IMG/VR virus record: IMGVR_UViG_2541047966_000006
Span: 1 to 43,607 of that record
Source of the DNA: a virus
Taxonomy: Duplodnaviria; Heunggongvirae; Uroviricota; Caudoviricetes
Strand: one strand, 5' to 3'
Length of the DNA stretch: 43,607 bases
In this document: positions 20,352 through 32,089 of the stretch, in pieces
Layout of the letters: each line of letters opens with the position of its first letter
How positions within the stretch are numbered: the stretch's first letter is position 1
Notes under the pieces: generated by a model
What the model was told of the DNA's origin: nothing
Database searches by the model: none
The model's input: the letters and a program-made list of their open reading frames with translations, nothing else
Position numbers and translations under genes: made by a program

Positions 20352-20579
20352 CGGCAGTACCGCGAAACAACCCAAGCCAGAAAGTGGGGGAAATAACACT
20401 GGCAGCCACTGAAAGATGAACCCCCTGCCTTATGGCAAAAAAGATTCTTTGTGGTGGCGGACTGATGGAAAGACATCGGTTATTGCAGAGACCATTCAAT
20501 GAGTGGTCTCGACAATGGCTTATACCCTGCACGGGATAACTTAACTGATATCCCTTTTAACGGATAAACGGAGCCAACA

Positions 20580-20822
20580 ATGGCAGAGATTATTCCCATG
20601 ACTGAAGAACAGAAATTCCAGTTAGAGATTTACAAACTGGTCATGAACCAGAACGCAGCCGCAGAGGAAGCATTTCAATTCATTGGTACTGACGAACTGA
20701 AGCTTGAGCTATTCAAAATTCACTTCCAGTCAGGTGGCGCTAATTCGGATATCACGATCCGCACATTGGAAGCGGTGCGTAAATCGAAGGAAGCGTTAGA
20801 CCTGTTCACTACCGGAGCATGA
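20580..20822 (+). CDS. hypothetical protein
   Basis: 80-aa ORF with SD GGAG upstream; no domain recognised. Confidence 0.45.
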   Translation: MAEIIPMTEEQKFQLEIYKLVMNQNAAAEEAFQFIGTDELKLELFKIHFQSGGANSDITIRTLEAVRKSKEALDLFTTGA

Positions 20823-20824
20823 TG

Positions 20825-21004
20825 TGAGCCGCGTAATCAATTTGGGTAAGGAGAAGAAATTCCCAATTACTCAAGAGCTATACGAGAGGCTGGAAAGCGT
20901 CATCCATGATTACGATGGTGAAATCAGTTTATGCGAGGAGATTGGCACACTCGAATTGCTGAAGCAGTCACTGATTGAAGGCGCGAAAGAGTCCTTAACC
21001 TGAA
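20825..21004 (+). CDS. hypothetical small protein (59 aa)
   Basis: Hand-translated GTG-start ORF MSRVINLGKEKKFPITQELYERLESVIHDYDGEISL...; coding status uncertain. Confidence 0.3.
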
Positions 21005-21026
21005 ATAACGATTAAGTGAGATGAAT

Positions 21027-21515
21027 ATGGCAGCACCAAAGGGCAACCGATTTTGGGAGGCCCGCAGTAGTCATGGGCGAAATCCTAAATTCGAATCGCC
21101 TGAGGAGCTGTGGGCTGCTTGTTGTGAATACTTCGAGTGGGTGGAAGCTAACCCGCTATGGGAGATGAAGGCGTTCTCGTATCAGGGTGAAGTGATACAA
21201 GAACCTATCGCCAAGATGCGAGCGATGACCATTACCGGCCTCACTCTGTTCATTGATGTGACGCTTGAAACATGGCGCACATATCGCCTGAGAGAAGATT
21301 TATCTGAAGTCGTTACGCGAGCAGAGCAGGTCATCTACGATCAGAAATTCTCTGGCGCAGCCGCTGACCTTCTCAACGCTAACATCATCGCCCGTGATTT
21401 GGGCCTCAAAGAGCAGTCGCAAGTTGAAGACGTGACACCTGATAAGGGAGATCGCGATAAGCGACGCTCTCGTATCAAGGAGCTATTCAACCGTGGAACT
21501 GGACGCGATTCTTGA
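21027..21515 (+). CDS. terminase small subunit (P22 gp3)
   Basis: [56 protein letters not shown]... near-identical to P22 gp3 as recalled; the ORF-track ATG at 21021 is 2 codons upstream. Confidence 0.9.
   Translation: MAAPKGNRFWEARSSHGRNPKFESPEELWAACCEYFEWVEANPLWEMKAFSYQGEVIQEPIAKMRAMTITGLTLFIDVTLETWRTYRLREDLSEVVTRAEQVIYDQKFSGAAADLLNANIIARDLGLKEQSQVEDVTPDKGDRDKRRSRIKELFNRGTGRDS
21294..21315 (+). promoter_or_regulatory. pac site (headful packaging initiation) within gene 3
   Basis: GAAGATTTATCTGAAGTCGTTA matches the P22 pac consensus as recalled. Confidence 0.7.
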
Positions 21516-22992
21516 TAACCTGAGCGACGAAGAGCAAATCGAGTTGCTCGAGCTACTCGAAGAAGAAGAGAACTACCGGAACACACACTTGCTATATGAA
21601 TTTACGCCATACAGCAAACAGCGTGAGTTCATCGACGCCGGACATGACTATCCAGAGCGATGTTTTATGGCTGGTAACCAGCTTGGTAAGTCATTTACTG
21701 GTGCTGCTGAAGTCGCGTTTCACCTTACCGGGCGTTATCCGGGCACAAAAGGCTATCCTGCTGATGGTAAATATGGCGGGGAGTGGAAAGGTAAGCGTTT
21801 CTATGAGCCTGTTGTCTTCTGGATTGGCGGCGAGACAAACGAGACTGTAACCAAAACGACTCAACGTATCCTGTGCGGTCGTATCGAAGAGAATGATGAG
21901 CCTGGCTACGGTTCCATACCGAAAGAAGACATCATTAGCTGGAAGAAGTCTCCTTTCTTTCCGAACCTTGTTGATCATCTTCTGGTTAAGCATCACACGG
22001 CTGATGGCGTTGAAGATGGCATTTCAATCTGCTACTTCAAACCATACTCGCAAGGCCGTGCTCGCTGGCAGGGTGACACAATCCACGGCGTGTGGTTTGA
22101 CGAAGAGCCACCATACAGCATTTATGGCGAAGGTCTTACCCGTACCAACAAATACGGGCAATTCTCAATTCTGACGTTTACCCCGCTGATGGGGATGTCT
22201 GACGTTGTTACCAAGTTCCTGAAGAATCCCAGCAAGTCGCAGAAAGTGGTCAACATGACCATCTACGACGCTGAGCACTACACAGACGAGCAGAAAGAGC
22301 AAATCATCGCATCCTATCCCGAGCATGAGAGAGAGGCGCGTGCTCGCGGTATTCCTACGATGGGTAGTGGTCGAATCTTCCAGATACCGGAAGAGACGAT
22401 TAAGTGTCAGCCGTTCGAGTGTCCTGATCACTTCTACGTAATTGGCGGGATGGATTTCGGATGGGATCACCCACAGGCGCAGGTTCAGCTTTGGTGGGAT
22501 AAGGACGCAGACACAATCTACGTTTCACGCGTGTGGAAGGCGAAAGAAAAAACAGCCGTTCAGGCATGGGGAGCTGTTAAATCATGGGCGCATAAAGTGC
22601 CAACCGCATGGCCTCATGACGGAAACCAGCACGAGAAGGGCGGCGGTGAGCAGCTCAAAGGGCAGTATGCAGATGCTGGTTTTATGATGTTGCAGGAGCA
22701 TGCGACATGGCCTGATGGCGGTAATGCTGTGGAGCCTGGCATCACTGAATTGCGCGACATGATGATCGACGGTCGCTTCAAAGTATTCAACACCTGTGAG
22801 CCATTCTTTGAGGAGTTCCGCCTCTATCACCGTGATGAAAACGGGAAAATCGTCAAGCTTAACGACGACGTTCTCTCAGCCGTTCGCTATGCATACATGA
22901 TGCGCCGCTTCGCCAAAATGATGCGCGACATCAAAAAACCAAAAGAGAAAAAGATACCAGCCCCAATCAGGCCCATCGCACGGAGAACTTAA
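21493..22992 (+). CDS. terminase large subunit (P22 gp2)
   Basis: 499-aa ORF overlapping gp3 end; Walker-type ATPase and nuclease regions; GTG start. Confidence 0.9.
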   Translation: MELDAILDNLSDEEQIELLELLEEEENYRNTHLLYEFTPYSKQREFIDAGHDYPERCFMAGNQLGKSFTGAAEVAFHLTGRYPGTKGYPADGKYGGEWKGKRFYEPVVFWIGGETNETVTKTTQRILCGRIEENDEPGYGSIPKEDIISWKKSPFFPNLVDHLLVKHHTADGVEDGISICYFKPYSQGRARWQGDTIHGVWFDEEPPYSIYGEGLTRTNKYGQFSILTFTPLMGMSDVVTKFLKNPSKSQKVVNMTIYDAEHYTDEQKEQIIASYPEHEREARARGIPTMGSGRIFQIPEETIKCQPFECPDHFYVIGGMDFGWDHPQAQVQLWWDKDADTIYVSRVWKAKEKTAVQAWGAVKSWAHKVPTAWPHDGNQHEKGGGEQLKGQYADAGFMMLQEHATWPDGGNAVEPGITELRDMMIDGRFKVFNTCEPFFEEFRLYHRDENGKIVKLNDDVLSAVRYAYMMRRFAKMMRDIKKPKEKKIPAPIRPIARRT

Positions 22993-25158
22993 ATGGCCGA
23001 CGAAAACAGACTCAATTCCATTCTGTGTAAGTTTGACGCAGACTGGATGGCGAGCGATGAAGCCAGAACCGAGGCGACAAATGACCTGTATTTTAGCCGA
23101 GTGTCGCAATGGGATGACTGGCTATCAAACTACACGACCCTGCAATATCGCGGACAATTCGATGTTGTTCGCCCGGTGGTCAGGAAACTGGTCGCAGAGA
23201 TGCGCCGGAACCCTATCGACGTTCTCTTCCGACCCAAAGACGGCGCTAATCCTGATGCAGCCGATGTGTTGATGGGGATGTATCGTACTGATATGCGCCA
23301 TAACACGGCAAAGATTGCCGTTAACGTTGGCGTTCGTGAGCAGATAGAGTCTGGCGTTGGTGCATGGCGTCTGGTCACGCAGTACGAAGACAACGATCCA
23401 ACAAGCAACAATCAGGTAATTCGACGCCTGCCAATCCATGAGGCCTGCTCACACGTCATATGGGACGCCAACAGCAAGCAGATGGATAAGAGCGACGCTA
23501 AGCACTGCACGGTGATTAACGCTTTGTCACGCAATGGCTGGAAAGAGTTCGCAGAGGATTACGGTATTGATCCTGACACCCTGCCATCTTTCCAGAATCC
23601 GAACGACACATGGCTGTTTCCGTGGGTATCGAATGATGTCGTCTACGTCGCCGAGTATTACGAGGTAGAAGAGAAGAAGGAGAAAGTCTTCATCTACCGC
23701 GACCCGCTGACAGGTGAGCCGGTCAGCTATTACCAGCAGGATATTAAAGACGTTATCGACGACCTGGCTAATCGTGGATTCATTAAGGTAGCAGAGCGCA
23801 AGGTGAAGCGTCGGCGTGTGTATAAGTCGATCATCACCTGCACGCAGATACTGAAAGACCGCGAGAAGATAGCCGGAGAGCATATTCCAATCGTTCCAGT
23901 GTATGGCGAATGGTCATTCGCTGGTGACAAGGAGTGCTACGAAGGAGTGGTAAGGCTGACGAAAGACGGTCAGCGGCTTCGTAACATGATCATGTCATTC
24001 AACGCCGATATTGTTGCTCGTTCACCGAAGAAGAAACCGACCTTCTTCCCTGAGCAAATCGAAGGCTACGAATACATGTACGGTGGAAATGATGACTATC
24101 CGTACTATCTGCAGAACAGGACCGATGAAAACGGTAACGACCTGCCGATTGGTCCAATCTCCTACATGGAAAACCCTGAAGTGCCGCAAGCCAACGCTTA
24201 CATGCTTGAGGCTGCCACCAACGCAGTGAAAGAGGTGGCTAGTCTTGGTGTGGATGCGCAGGCAGCAAACTCTCAGGTCGCTTTCGATACCGTCAATCAA
24301 CTGAACATGCGGGCAGACCTTGAGACATACGTGTTTCAGGATAACCTGGCTACCGCAATGCGACGTGATGGCGAGATTTATGCCTCAATGGTCAACGATA
24401 TTTATGACGTTCCTCGTCATGTAACGCTGACACTTGAAGATGGAAGCGAGAAAGACGTTCAACTCTATGCGCAAGTTGTCGATTACCAGTCCGGCAATGT
24501 GGTCACACTCAACGACATTCGCGGTCGCTATGAGTGCTATACAGACGTTGGGCCATCCTTCCAGAGCATGAAGGAACAGAATCGCGCAGAGATTCAGGAG
24601 TTACTCACCAAGGTTCCGCAAGGTACTCCAGAGTTCCAGATGCTGATGCTGCAATACTTCACGCTGCTTGACGGTAAAGGCGTCGAGATGATGCGAGAGT
24701 ACGCGAACAAGCAACTGGTGATGATGGGGCTGAAGAAACCAGAAACACCTGAAGAGATGGATATGGTACAGCAGGCTCAACAGCAGCCGCAGCAGCCATC
24801 AGCAGAGCAAATTCAGGCGCAGGGTATCCTTCTGCAAGGTCAGGCTGAATTGCTCAAGGCAGAGAACCAACAGGCGCAGATTCAGGTTGAAGCCGCCAAG
24901 GTTGAAGCCCAAAACCAACTCAACGCCGCGAAGATTGCAGAAATCTTCAACAATATGGACCTCGACAAACAGGCAGAACTGCGTGAGTACCTCAAGCTCG
25001 TAGGCCAATTCCAGCAACAGCGCAGCAAAGACGCTCGCGCTAACGCTGAGCTGCTTCTTAAAGATGCAGACCAGACTCATTCACAACGCATGGATTTCGC
25101 GAATCTTATGCGTCAAGTTCAAATCCCCTCCGGCGGAGTAGCCGAGACACCTCAATAA
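22993..25158 (+). CDS. portal protein (P22 gp1)
   Basis: 721-aa protein highly similar to P22 portal along its length, including Gln-rich C-terminal barrel region. Confidence 0.95.
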   Translation: MADENRLNSILCKFDADWMASDEARTEATNDLYFSRVSQWDDWLSNYTTLQYRGQFDVVRPVVRKLVAEMRRNPIDVLFRPKDGANPDAADVLMGMYRTDMRHNTAKIAVNVGVREQIESGVGAWRLVTQYEDNDPTSNNQVIRRLPIHEACSHVIWDANSKQMDKSDAKHCTVINALSRNGWKEFAEDYGIDPDTLPSFQNPNDTWLFPWVSNDVVYVAEYYEVEEKKEKVFIYRDPLTGEPVSYYQQDIKDVIDDLANRGFIKVAERKVKRRRVYKSIITCTQILKDREKIAGEHIPIVPVYGEWSFAGDKECYEGVVRLTKDGQRLRNMIMSFNADIVARSPKKKPTFFPEQIEGYEYMYGGNDDYPYYLQNRTDENGNDLPIGPISYMENPEVPQANAYMLEAATNAVKEVASLGVDAQAANSQVAFDTVNQLNMRADLETYVFQDNLATAMRRDGEIYASMVNDIYDVPRHVTLTLEDGSEKDVQLYAQVVDYQSGNVVTLNDIRGRYECYTDVGPSFQSMKEQNRAEIQELLTKVPQGTPEFQMLMLQYFTLLDGKGVEMMREYANKQLVMMGLKKPETPEEMDMVQQAQQQPQQPSAEQIQAQGILLQGQAELLKAENQQAQIQVEAAKVEAQNQLNAAKIAEIFNNMDLDKQAELREYLKLVGQFQQQRSKDARANAELLLKDADQTHSQRMDFANLMRQVQIPSGGVAETPQ

Positions 25159-25171
25159 GAGAGAGTTAACC

Positions 25172-26083
25172 ATGGACCAAACCACCGACATTCAGGCTTC
25201 TGAAGAATTAACCCTGCCCGGCAATCATGCAGCGGCATCTGCTGATGGCTTAGTTGTCGATAATGCCAACGACAACGCAGGTCAGGAAGAAGGCTTTGAG
25301 ATTGTCCTGAAAGACGATGAGAAACCAAAACAAGACCCGGCAACTAATGCTGAATTTGCCCGTCGCCGCATCGAACGCAAACGCCAGCGTGAGCTTGAGC
25401 AGCAGATGGAAGCGGTTAAGCGTGGAGAGTTGCCGGAGCACCTGCGGGTGAACCCTGAGTTACCAAAACAACCAGACCCTAACGATTATCTTTCCGAAGA
25501 TGCACTGGCTAAGTACGACTATGACCAGAGCCGCGCACTGGCTGCCTTCCAGCAGGCAAACAGTGAATGGCAGATCAAGGCTATGGACGCACGAAGCCAG
25601 GCTGTCGCCGAGCAGGGTCGCAAAACTCAGGAGTTCACCCAGCAATCAGCGCAATACGTCGAGGCAGCCCGTAAGCACTACGACGCAGCGGAAAAGCTCA
25701 ATATCCCTGACTATCAGGAGAAAGAGGATGCATTCATGCAACTGGTGCCGCCAGCAGTCGGTGCCGACATCATGCGCCTCTTCCCGGAGAAATCCGCTGC
25801 TCTCATGTATCACCTTGGTGCTAATCCTGAAAAAACACGCCAGTTGCTGGCGATGGAAGGACAATCAGCGCTGATTGAACTCACTCGACTGTCAGAACGT
25901 TTAACTCTCAAGCCTCGAGCAAAACCTGTTTCAGAAGCCCCGTTACCTGATGAACCCATTCAGGGACATGCTGTTGCTGCAAATATCTCTGCGATTGAAA
26001 AGCAGATGGAAGCGGCAGCAAACAAAGGGGATGTAGAGACATACCGCAAGCTCAAGGCGCAACTGAATAAAGGAATTCGATAA
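25172..26083 (+). CDS. scaffolding protein (P22 gp8)
   Basis: 303-aa acidic helical protein following portal; P22 gp8-like. Confidence 0.9.
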   Translation: MDQTTDIQASEELTLPGNHAAASADGLVVDNANDNAGQEEGFEIVLKDDEKPKQDPATNAEFARRRIERKRQRELEQQMEAVKRGELPEHLRVNPELPKQPDPNDYLSEDALAKYDYDQSRALAAFQQANSEWQIKAMDARSQAVAEQGRKTQEFTQQSAQYVEAARKHYDAAEKLNIPDYQEKEDAFMQLVPPAVGADIMRLFPEKSAALMYHLGANPEKTRQLLAMEGQSALIELTRLSERLTLKPRAKPVSEAPLPDEPIQGHAVAANISAIEKQMEAAANKGDVETYRKLKAQLNKGIR

Positions 26084-27378
26084 TGGCATTAAATGAAGGT
26101 CAACTGGTCACGTATGCTCTGGATGAAATCATCGAAACCGTCCAGAACCTGACGCCAATGGCGTCCAAAGTGACAAAATACACCCCTCCGGCAGAATCCA
26201 TGCAACGTTCAAGCAACACCGTGTGGATGCCTGTTGAGCAGGAAGCGCCAACTCAGACTGGCTGGGATTTAACTGGCAACGCTACCGGTATTCTGGAACT
26301 GTCCGTGAAATGCAACATGGGCGATCCGGATAACGATTTCTTCGAGCTTCGTGCAGATGACCTGCGTGATGAGCGTTCTTACCGTCGCCGCATCCAGGCA
26401 TCCGCCAAAAAACTGGCGAATAACATTGAGTCAGCAATTGCCAAGCAGGCAACTGAAATGGGCTCACTTGTTGTTCACGATACCCGCGCAATTGGTCCAT
26501 CTACTGGCCTGTCTGGCTGGGATTTTGTGTCTGATGCAGAGCGCCTGATGTTCTCCCGCGAGCTAAACCGCGACATGGGAATCAGTTACTTCCTGAACCC
26601 TGACGATTACCGCAAAGCAGGCCGCAACCTGGTAGATGGTGACATCTTCGGGCGCGTTCCTGAAGAAGCGTATCGCAACGGTACTATTCAGCGTCAGATT
26701 GCTGGCTTTGATGAAATTCTTCGCTCACCGAAACTTCCGGCAGTTACCAAGTCAACCGCGACTGGTGTAACTGTTTCTGGTGCGCAGAAGTTTAAGCCGC
26801 AGGCATACACCCTTGATACCGATGGTAACAAAGAGAACGTCGACAACCGTGTTGCAACGGTGACCGTATCCTCCACCACCGGGTTTAAGCGCGGCGACAA
26901 AATCAGCTTCACTGGTGTGAAATTCCTGTCTCAGATGGCGAAGAACGTGCTGACTGATGATGCTACTTTCTCAATCACCCGTGTGATCGATGGTACTCAC
27001 ATCGAAATCACGCCGAAACCGATTGCACTGGATGACGCGTCACTGACAAAAGAAGAGAAGGCTTACGCTAACGTAAACACCTCTCTTGCTGATACCACTC
27101 CGGTAAACGTTCTGAACGTGGCAACAACCACCGCTAACGTGTTCTGGGCTGATGACTCAATCCGCCTGCTGTCTCAGCCGATCCCGGTAACCCATGAACT
27201 GTTTGCTGGCATGAAAACGTCTTCCTTCAGCATTCCTGGCATTGGTGTTAACGGCATCTTCGCAACGCAGGGTGATATCAACACTCTGTCTGGTAAGTGC
27301 CGTATTGCTGTGTGGTATTCAGCATGTGCTGTACGACCAGAGGCAATTGGTGTTGGTCTGCCTAACCAGACCGCGTGA
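26083..27378 (+). CDS. major coat protein (P22 gp5)
   Basis: 431-aa protein [10 protein letters not shown]...GLPNQTA with high similarity to P22 coat as recalled. Confidence 0.95.
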   Translation: MALNEGQLVTYALDEIIETVQNLTPMASKVTKYTPPAESMQRSSNTVWMPVEQEAPTQTGWDLTGNATGILELSVKCNMGDPDNDFFELRADDLRDERSYRRRIQASAKKLANNIESAIAKQATEMGSLVVHDTRAIGPSTGLSGWDFVSDAERLMFSRELNRDMGISYFLNPDDYRKAGRNLVDGDIFGRVPEEAYRNGTIQRQIAGFDEILRSPKLPAVTKSTATGVTVSGAQKFKPQAYTLDTDGNKENVDNRVATVTVSSTTGFKRGDKISFTGVKFLSQMAKNVLTDDATFSITRVIDGTHIEITPKPIALDDASLTKEEKAYANVNTSLADTTPVNVLNVATTTANVFWADDSIRLLSQPIPVTHELFAGMKTSSFSIPGIGVNGIFATQGDINTLSGKCRIAVWYSACAVRPEAIGVGLPNQTA

Positions 27379-27384
27379 TAACCA

Positions 27385-27409
27385 GAGGGAGCTTCGGCTC
27401 CCTTTTTTA
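27385..27409 (+). terminator. rho-independent terminator after coat gene
   Basis: AGGGAGC-TTCG-GCTCCCT followed by TTTTTT. Confidence 0.7.
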
Positions 27410-27422
27410 TCTGGAGACAAGC

Positions 27423-27665
27423 ATGACACACATGATCTTTCGTCATGGCGACATGAAGAAATGGAAAGGCGTTGGCTACGACTTTGAAATCGTGAAAGCC
27501 GAAGAGCTTCAGGAATATCTGGATGCTGGCTGGTTTTCACATCCTGATGACCTTTTGAAGGATGTTGCAGAGCCAGAGCCAGAGCCAGAGCCAGAAGAAA
27601 AACAGCGTAAAAAGCCTGGTCGAAAACCTAAGGCGGCAGCAGATGAACCTGACAACGAAGGGTGA
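27423..27665 (+). CDS. small acidic protein with Pro-Glu repeat
   Basis: 80-aa [19 protein letters not shown]...[29 protein letters not shown]; overlaps gp4 start. Confidence 0.5.
   Translation: MTHMIFRHGDMKKWKGVGYDFEIVKAEELQEYLDAGWFSHPDDLLKDVAEPEPEPEPEEKQRKKPGRKPKAAADEPDNEG
27571..27594 (+). repeat. hexanucleotide tandem repeat (AGCCAG)x4
   Basis: Four perfect tandem copies encoding (EP)n within the small ORF. Confidence 0.8.
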
Positions 27666-28143
27666 TTTAGTTCTTGCGGCATTACGTAAGCTCGGTGTGG
27701 CATCAAATGCCACGTTAACCGATGTAGAACCGCAGTCTATGGAAGACGGCGTCAACGACCTTGAAATGATGATGGCTGAATGGCTTGGCGGTGATGTGTC
27801 ACCAGGTATCAACGTTGGCTACATTTTCGCTGATGCAGATGTCGCTCCAGATCCGGGAGATGAGCACGGTTTATCAAATAACGCTATCAATGCCGTCATT
27901 TTCAACCTTGCCTGCCGCATTGCACCGGATTATGCGCTGGAAGCGTCAGCAAAACTTATAACCACTGCCAGATACGGGAAAGAGCGACTCGTCAAACTGT
28001 CTGCAATGGACAGAGCAAAAGCCGCTAAATGTAAGTCCGGTTATCCAAACCGTATGCCTGTTGGTAGCGGTAACCAGTTGGCGAAGTGGAACGGTTGGAA
28101 TTACTTCCACCGAAAGGAACCTTGCGATAACGGGAGCGAATAA
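27643..28143 (+). CDS. head completion / tail accessory protein (P22 gp4)
   Basis: Protein from ATG 27643: [33 protein letters not shown]... P22 gp4-like. Confidence 0.85.
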   Translation: MNLTTKGDLVLAALRKLGVASNATLTDVEPQSMEDGVNDLEMMMAEWLGGDVSPGINVGYIFADADVAPDPGDEHGLSNNAINAVIFNLACRIAPDYALEASAKLITTARYGKERLVKLSAMDRAKAAKCKSGYPNRMPVGSGNQLAKWNGWNYFHRKEPCDNGSE

Positions 28144-29562
28144 ATGCCTATTCAGCAACTTCCGCTTATGAAAGGTGTCGGCAAAGACTTCCGAAATGCC
28201 GACTATATCGACTATCTGCCAGTGAATATGTTGGCTACACCCAAAGAAATCCTCAACAGCAGCGGATATCTTCGCTCATTCCCGGGCATTGCCAAACGTT
28301 CTGATGTGAACGGCGTATCGCGAGGCGTCGAGTACAACATGGCGCAGAATGCTGTTTATCGCGTGTGTGGCGGCAAGCTCTACAAAGGCGAAAGCGAAGT
28401 CGGTGATGTTGCCGGAAGTGGTCGCGTATCAATGGCGCATGGGCGGACATCACAGGCGGTAGGCGTTAATGGTCAACTGGTCGAATACCGCTATGATGGC
28501 ACGGTTAAAACCGTCTCAAACTGGCCTACAGACAGCGGATTCACGCAGTATGAGTTGGGTTCTGTTCGTGACATTACGCGCTTACGCGGGCGTTATGCGT
28601 GGTCAAAAGACGGAACTGATTCATGGTTTATCACTGACCTTGAAGACGAATCGCATCCTGACCGCTACAGCGCACAATATCGCGCAGAGTCTCAGCCTGA
28701 CGGCATCATCGGCATCGGAACATGGCGAGATTTCATCGTCTGCTTTGGTTCATCGACGATTGAATATTTCTCCCTGACGGGTGCAACCACCGTTGGTGCT
28801 GCTTTGTATGTCGCACAGACATCTCTTATGGTGCAGAAAGGCATTGCCGGGACTTACTGCAAAACGCCATTCTCTGATTCTTATGCGTTCATCAGCAATC
28901 CGGCAACAGGTGCTCCGTCTGTGTATATCATCGGCTCCGGTCAGGTATCACCAATCGCCAGCGCGAGCATTGAGAAAATTCTCCGCTCCTACACTGCTGA
29001 TGAACTGGCTGATGGTGTGATGGAGTCTCTGCGATTTGATGCGCATGAGCTGCTGATTATCCATCTTCCGCGCCATGTTCTCGTGTACGACGCATCTTCA
29101 AGCGCCAATGGTCCGCAATGGTGTGTACTGAAAACAGGCCTGTATGACGATGTGTACCGCGCTATCGACTTCATTTACGAAGGCAATCAGATAACGTGCG
29201 GCGATAAGCTGGAATCCGTGACCGGGAAATTGCAGTTCGATATCAGCAGTCAGTACGACAAGCAACAGGAACATATTTTATATTCTCCTTTAATAAAGGC
29301 AGATAACGTTTTAATAAATGACCTTGAATTAGAAACATCTGGCGGCGTGTGTGATAGAATAGATAGAATATTTATATCAGCAACTACAGATGGAATTAAT
29401 TACGGTCGTGAGCAAATGGTCGTATTACAAAAACCATTTGTATATGACAATCGCGTTTTATGGCGAAAAGTTGGTCGAGTTAGACGCCTCATTGGATTTA
29501 AATTCAGAGTTATTGCAAAAGGTCCTGTTACATTATCAGGCCTTTCTATTCGTGTAACATAA
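28144..29562 (+). CDS. tail accessory protein (P22 gp10)
   Basis: 472-aa ORF in gp4-gp10-gp26 order; last ~95 codons are markedly AT-rich. Confidence 0.85.
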   Translation: MPIQQLPLMKGVGKDFRNADYIDYLPVNMLATPKEILNSSGYLRSFPGIAKRSDVNGVSRGVEYNMAQNAVYRVCGGKLYKGESEVGDVAGSGRVSMAHGRTSQAVGVNGQLVEYRYDGTVKTVSNWPTDSGFTQYELGSVRDITRLRGRYAWSKDGTDSWFITDLEDESHPDRYSAQYRAESQPDGIIGIGTWRDFIVCFGSSTIEYFSLTGATTVGAALYVAQTSLMVQKGIAGTYCKTPFSDSYAFISNPATGAPSVYIIGSGQVSPIASASIEKILRSYTADELADGVMESLRFDAHELLIIHLPRHVLVYDASSSANGPQWCVLKTGLYDDVYRAIDFIYEGNQITCGDKLESVTGKLQFDISSQYDKQQEHILYSPLIKADNVLINDLELETSGGVCDRIDRIFISATTDGINYGREQMVVLQKPFVYDNRVLWRKVGRVRRLIGFKFRVIAKGPVTLSGLSIRVT

Positions 29563-29583
29563 ATCGAAACTAAAGGAGTAGAT

Positions 29584-30129
29584 ATGTTGAGTGAAAACGC
29601 AAAAGATATTCCTGGATATGAAGGTTTATATGCCGTAACAGAGGATGGGCGAGTATATTCTCACTCACGTGTTGTTAAGGCTGCGCATGGCAGCACGCAA
29701 CTCAGAAAGGGTCGGTGGCTAAAACAACACGAGAATAATAAAGGTTATCTATATTTGCCACTTAGTGTTGATGGAGTTAAAGTAAAATGGCTTGTGCATA
29801 GGCTTGTCGCTCTTGCTTTCGTCCCCAATCCAGAAGGCAAGCCGTTCATAAATCACATAGATAACAACCGAAAAAATAATAATGCTTCTAATTTAGAGTG
29901 GTGTACTCAAAAGGAGAATATGAAGCATTGCTCATCTCAAGGCAGGGTGAAGTTTCCGGCTTTAAAAGGAGAAAATAATCCAATTTCAAAGCTCTCATAT
30001 GAGCAAGTAATAGAAATAAAGAAATCAAAGGGAGTTAATCAAAGAGAGCTTGCTAAAAAATACTGTGTCAGTCAGACGGTGATTCACAATATCCAGTCTG
30101 GTAAATCGTGGAGGCATGTTAATGGCTGA
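29584..30129 (+). CDS. free-standing HNH homing endonuclease (NUMOD4/HNH_3-like with C-terminal HTH)
   Basis: [16 protein letters not shown] and [16 protein letters not shown] motifs; AT-rich; inserted between gp10 and gp26; SD AAAGGAG. Confidence 0.75.
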   Translation: MLSENAKDIPGYEGLYAVTEDGRVYSHSRVVKAAHGSTQLRKGRWLKQHENNKGYLYLPLSVDGVKVKWLVHRLVALAFVPNPEGKPFINHIDNNRKNNNASNLEWCTQKENMKHCSSQGRVKFPALKGENNPISKLSYEQVIEIKKSKGVNQRELAKKYCVSQTVIHNIQSGKSWRHVNG

Positions 30130-30970
30130 TTCGAATCTCAATGTGCCGGTAATCATCCAAGCTACGCGACTCGACACATCAGTGCTTCCACGCAATATCT
30201 TCTCGCAGTCGTATCTGCTTTACGTTATCGCACAGGGTACTGATGTTGGTAATGTGGCGAACAAGGCCAACGAGGCCGGACAGGGCGCTTATGACGCACA
30301 AGTCAGGAACGATGAGCAGGATGTGATTCTCTCTGACCATGAGCAGCGAATTTCTGCTGCGGAAGCAACGCTTGTTAATCATGAGGAGCGAATCAGCCAG
30401 GCAGAATCAACTCTTCAGGAACATGAAACGCGAATCGCTCAGAATGAAAGCGATATTGCGTCGCTTGATACCAGAGTTCAGTCGCTGGAATCGCAGGTTT
30501 CAGACCATGAAACGCGCATCGATGCTCTGGAGTATGCCACTACTCGCAAGAAGTCAGAGGTTGTTTACTCTGGCGTATCTGTAACCATCCCGACAGCGCC
30601 GACCAACCTTGTTAGCCTGCTGAAAACGCTCACGCCGTCATCCGGCACGTTGGCACCATTCTTCGACACCGTTAACAACAAGATGGTTGTGTTCAACGAG
30701 AACAAAACCTTGTTCTTCAAGCTGTCGATCGTCGGGACGTGGCCCAGCGGAACCGCCAACAGGTCAATGCAGCTAACCTTTTCCGGCTCTGTTCCTGACA
30801 CACTGGTAAGCAGTCGCAACTCGGCGACAACAACCGATAACATCTTGTTAGCTACGTTCTTCAGCGTGGATAAAGACGGCTTTCTTGCCACAAATGGCAG
30901 CACGTTAACCATTCAGTCAAATGGTGCGGCGTTTACTGCCACAACCATCAAAATCATTGCGGAGCAGTGA
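30122..30970 (+). CDS. tail needle (P22 gp26-like) with divergent C-terminal knob
   Basis: N-terminus [43 protein letters not shown] matches gp26; central heptad repeats; C-terminal ~140 aa not P22-like. Confidence 0.8.
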   Translation: MADSNLNVPVIIQATRLDTSVLPRNIFSQSYLLYVIAQGTDVGNVANKANEAGQGAYDAQVRNDEQDVILSDHEQRISAAEATLVNHEERISQAESTLQEHETRIAQNESDIASLDTRVQSLESQVSDHETRIDALEYATTRKKSEVVYSGVSVTIPTAPTNLVSLLKTLTPSSGTLAPFFDTVNNKMVVFNENKTLFFKLSIVGTWPSGTANRSMQLTFSGSVPDTLVSSRNSATTTDNILLATFFSVDKDGFLATNGSTLTIQSNGAAFTATTIKIIAEQ

Positions 30971-31449
30971 TGGAAATAAAGCTCATCGATAATCCGGTGA
31001 AGCTTGCAGAATTCCTCAACAACCCGGCAAACACGGGAAATATCGTAGACAGTGGAGATAAATACTACATCAAGCCTGATGCGGTATACCTCGGCATCTA
31101 CGAAGGATTAGTGCTGGCTGGCGTTCATGAAGTGCGTAACTTCTGGCATAGCGTTGTTGAATGCCATGCGGTGTACGACCCCGGATTCCGTGGTGAATAT
31201 GCACTGCAAGGGCATCGATTATTCTGCAAATGGCTTCTCGAAAACTCACCATTCCTTAACAGCATCACCATGGTTCCTGACACAACGAAATACGGACGGG
31301 CAATTATCCGTTTGCTTGGCGCTACCCGTGTTGGTCACCTCGATGATGCTTATACCAGCAATGGAAAGCCTGTAGGCATCACGATTTATCAGTTACCGCG
31401 CTCAAAATACGAGGAGCTAAAGAATGTTAATTTTCCAGATTGCCAATAA
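30967..31449 (+). CDS. P22 gp14-like protein
   Basis: 160-aa ORF in the gp26-gp14-gp7 order; call is by position. Confidence 0.5.
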   Translation: MMEIKLIDNPVKLAEFLNNPANTGNIVDSGDKYYIKPDAVYLGIYEGLVLAGVHEVRNFWHSVVECHAVYDPGFRGEYALQGHRLFCKWLLENSPFLNSITMVPDTTKYGRAIIRLLGATRVGHLDDAYTSNGKPVGITIYQLPRSKYEELKNVNFPDCQ

Positions 31450-32077
31450 GCACCTCAGCAAAACTGTTTACTGCAAAGGTGGCAGTGATGGCGGTTCAAA
31501 AGCCCAGGCACGCGCAACTGAAAAGGGCATCGAATTGCAGCGTGAAATGTGGCAAACGAACATGCAGAACCTTGCACCGTTCACGCCACTCGCTCAGCAG
31601 TACGTATCACAGTTGCAAAATCTTTCCTCTCTTCAGGGGCAAGGTCAGGCGCTTAACCAGTATTACAACTCTCAGCAGTATAAAGACCTTGCAGGGCAGG
31701 CGCGCTATCAGAGTCTGGCAGCAGCAGAGGCAACGGGTGGATTAGGCTCTACAGCAACAGGAAACCAGTTAGCAGCAATCGCACCTACACTCGGTCAAAA
31801 CTGGCTGTCAGGTCAGATGAACAACTACAACAATCTGGCAAATATCGGCCTTGGTGCTCTTACAGGTCAGGCAAACGCTGGGCAGAACTACGCTAACAAC
31901 GTCAGCCAATTGTATCAACAGCAGGCGGCAGCATCTGCGGCTAATGCGAATAAACCATCAGGATTTCAGAGCGCCTTGGGTGGAGCGGCAGCAGGTGCAG
32001 CTGCAGGTACTGCAATCATGCCTGGTTGGGGTACAGCAATTGGTGCTGGCGTCGGTCTTCTTGGTTCACTTTTTTAA
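31424..32077 (+). CDS. ejection protein (P22 gp7-like)
   Basis: 217-aa Gln/Ala/Gly-rich protein with C-terminal hydrophobic segment; position. Confidence 0.6.
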   Translation: MLIFQIANKHLSKTVYCKGGSDGGSKAQARATEKGIELQREMWQTNMQNLAPFTPLAQQYVSQLQNLSSLQGQGQALNQYYNSQQYKDLAGQARYQSLAAAEATGGLGSTATGNQLAAIAPTLGQNWLSGQMNNYNNLANIGLGALTGQANAGQNYANNVSQLYQQQAAASAANANKPSGFQSALGGAAAGAAAGTAIMPGWGTAIGAGVGLLGSLF

Positions 32078-32089
32078 TGGAGGTGTCTC

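Noticed and set aside
22165-25080. Minus-strand ORFs within terminase and portal genes (for example 22165..22470, 23527..23883, 24799..25080)
   Set aside because: Embedded antisense in highly conserved structural genes; no independent support.
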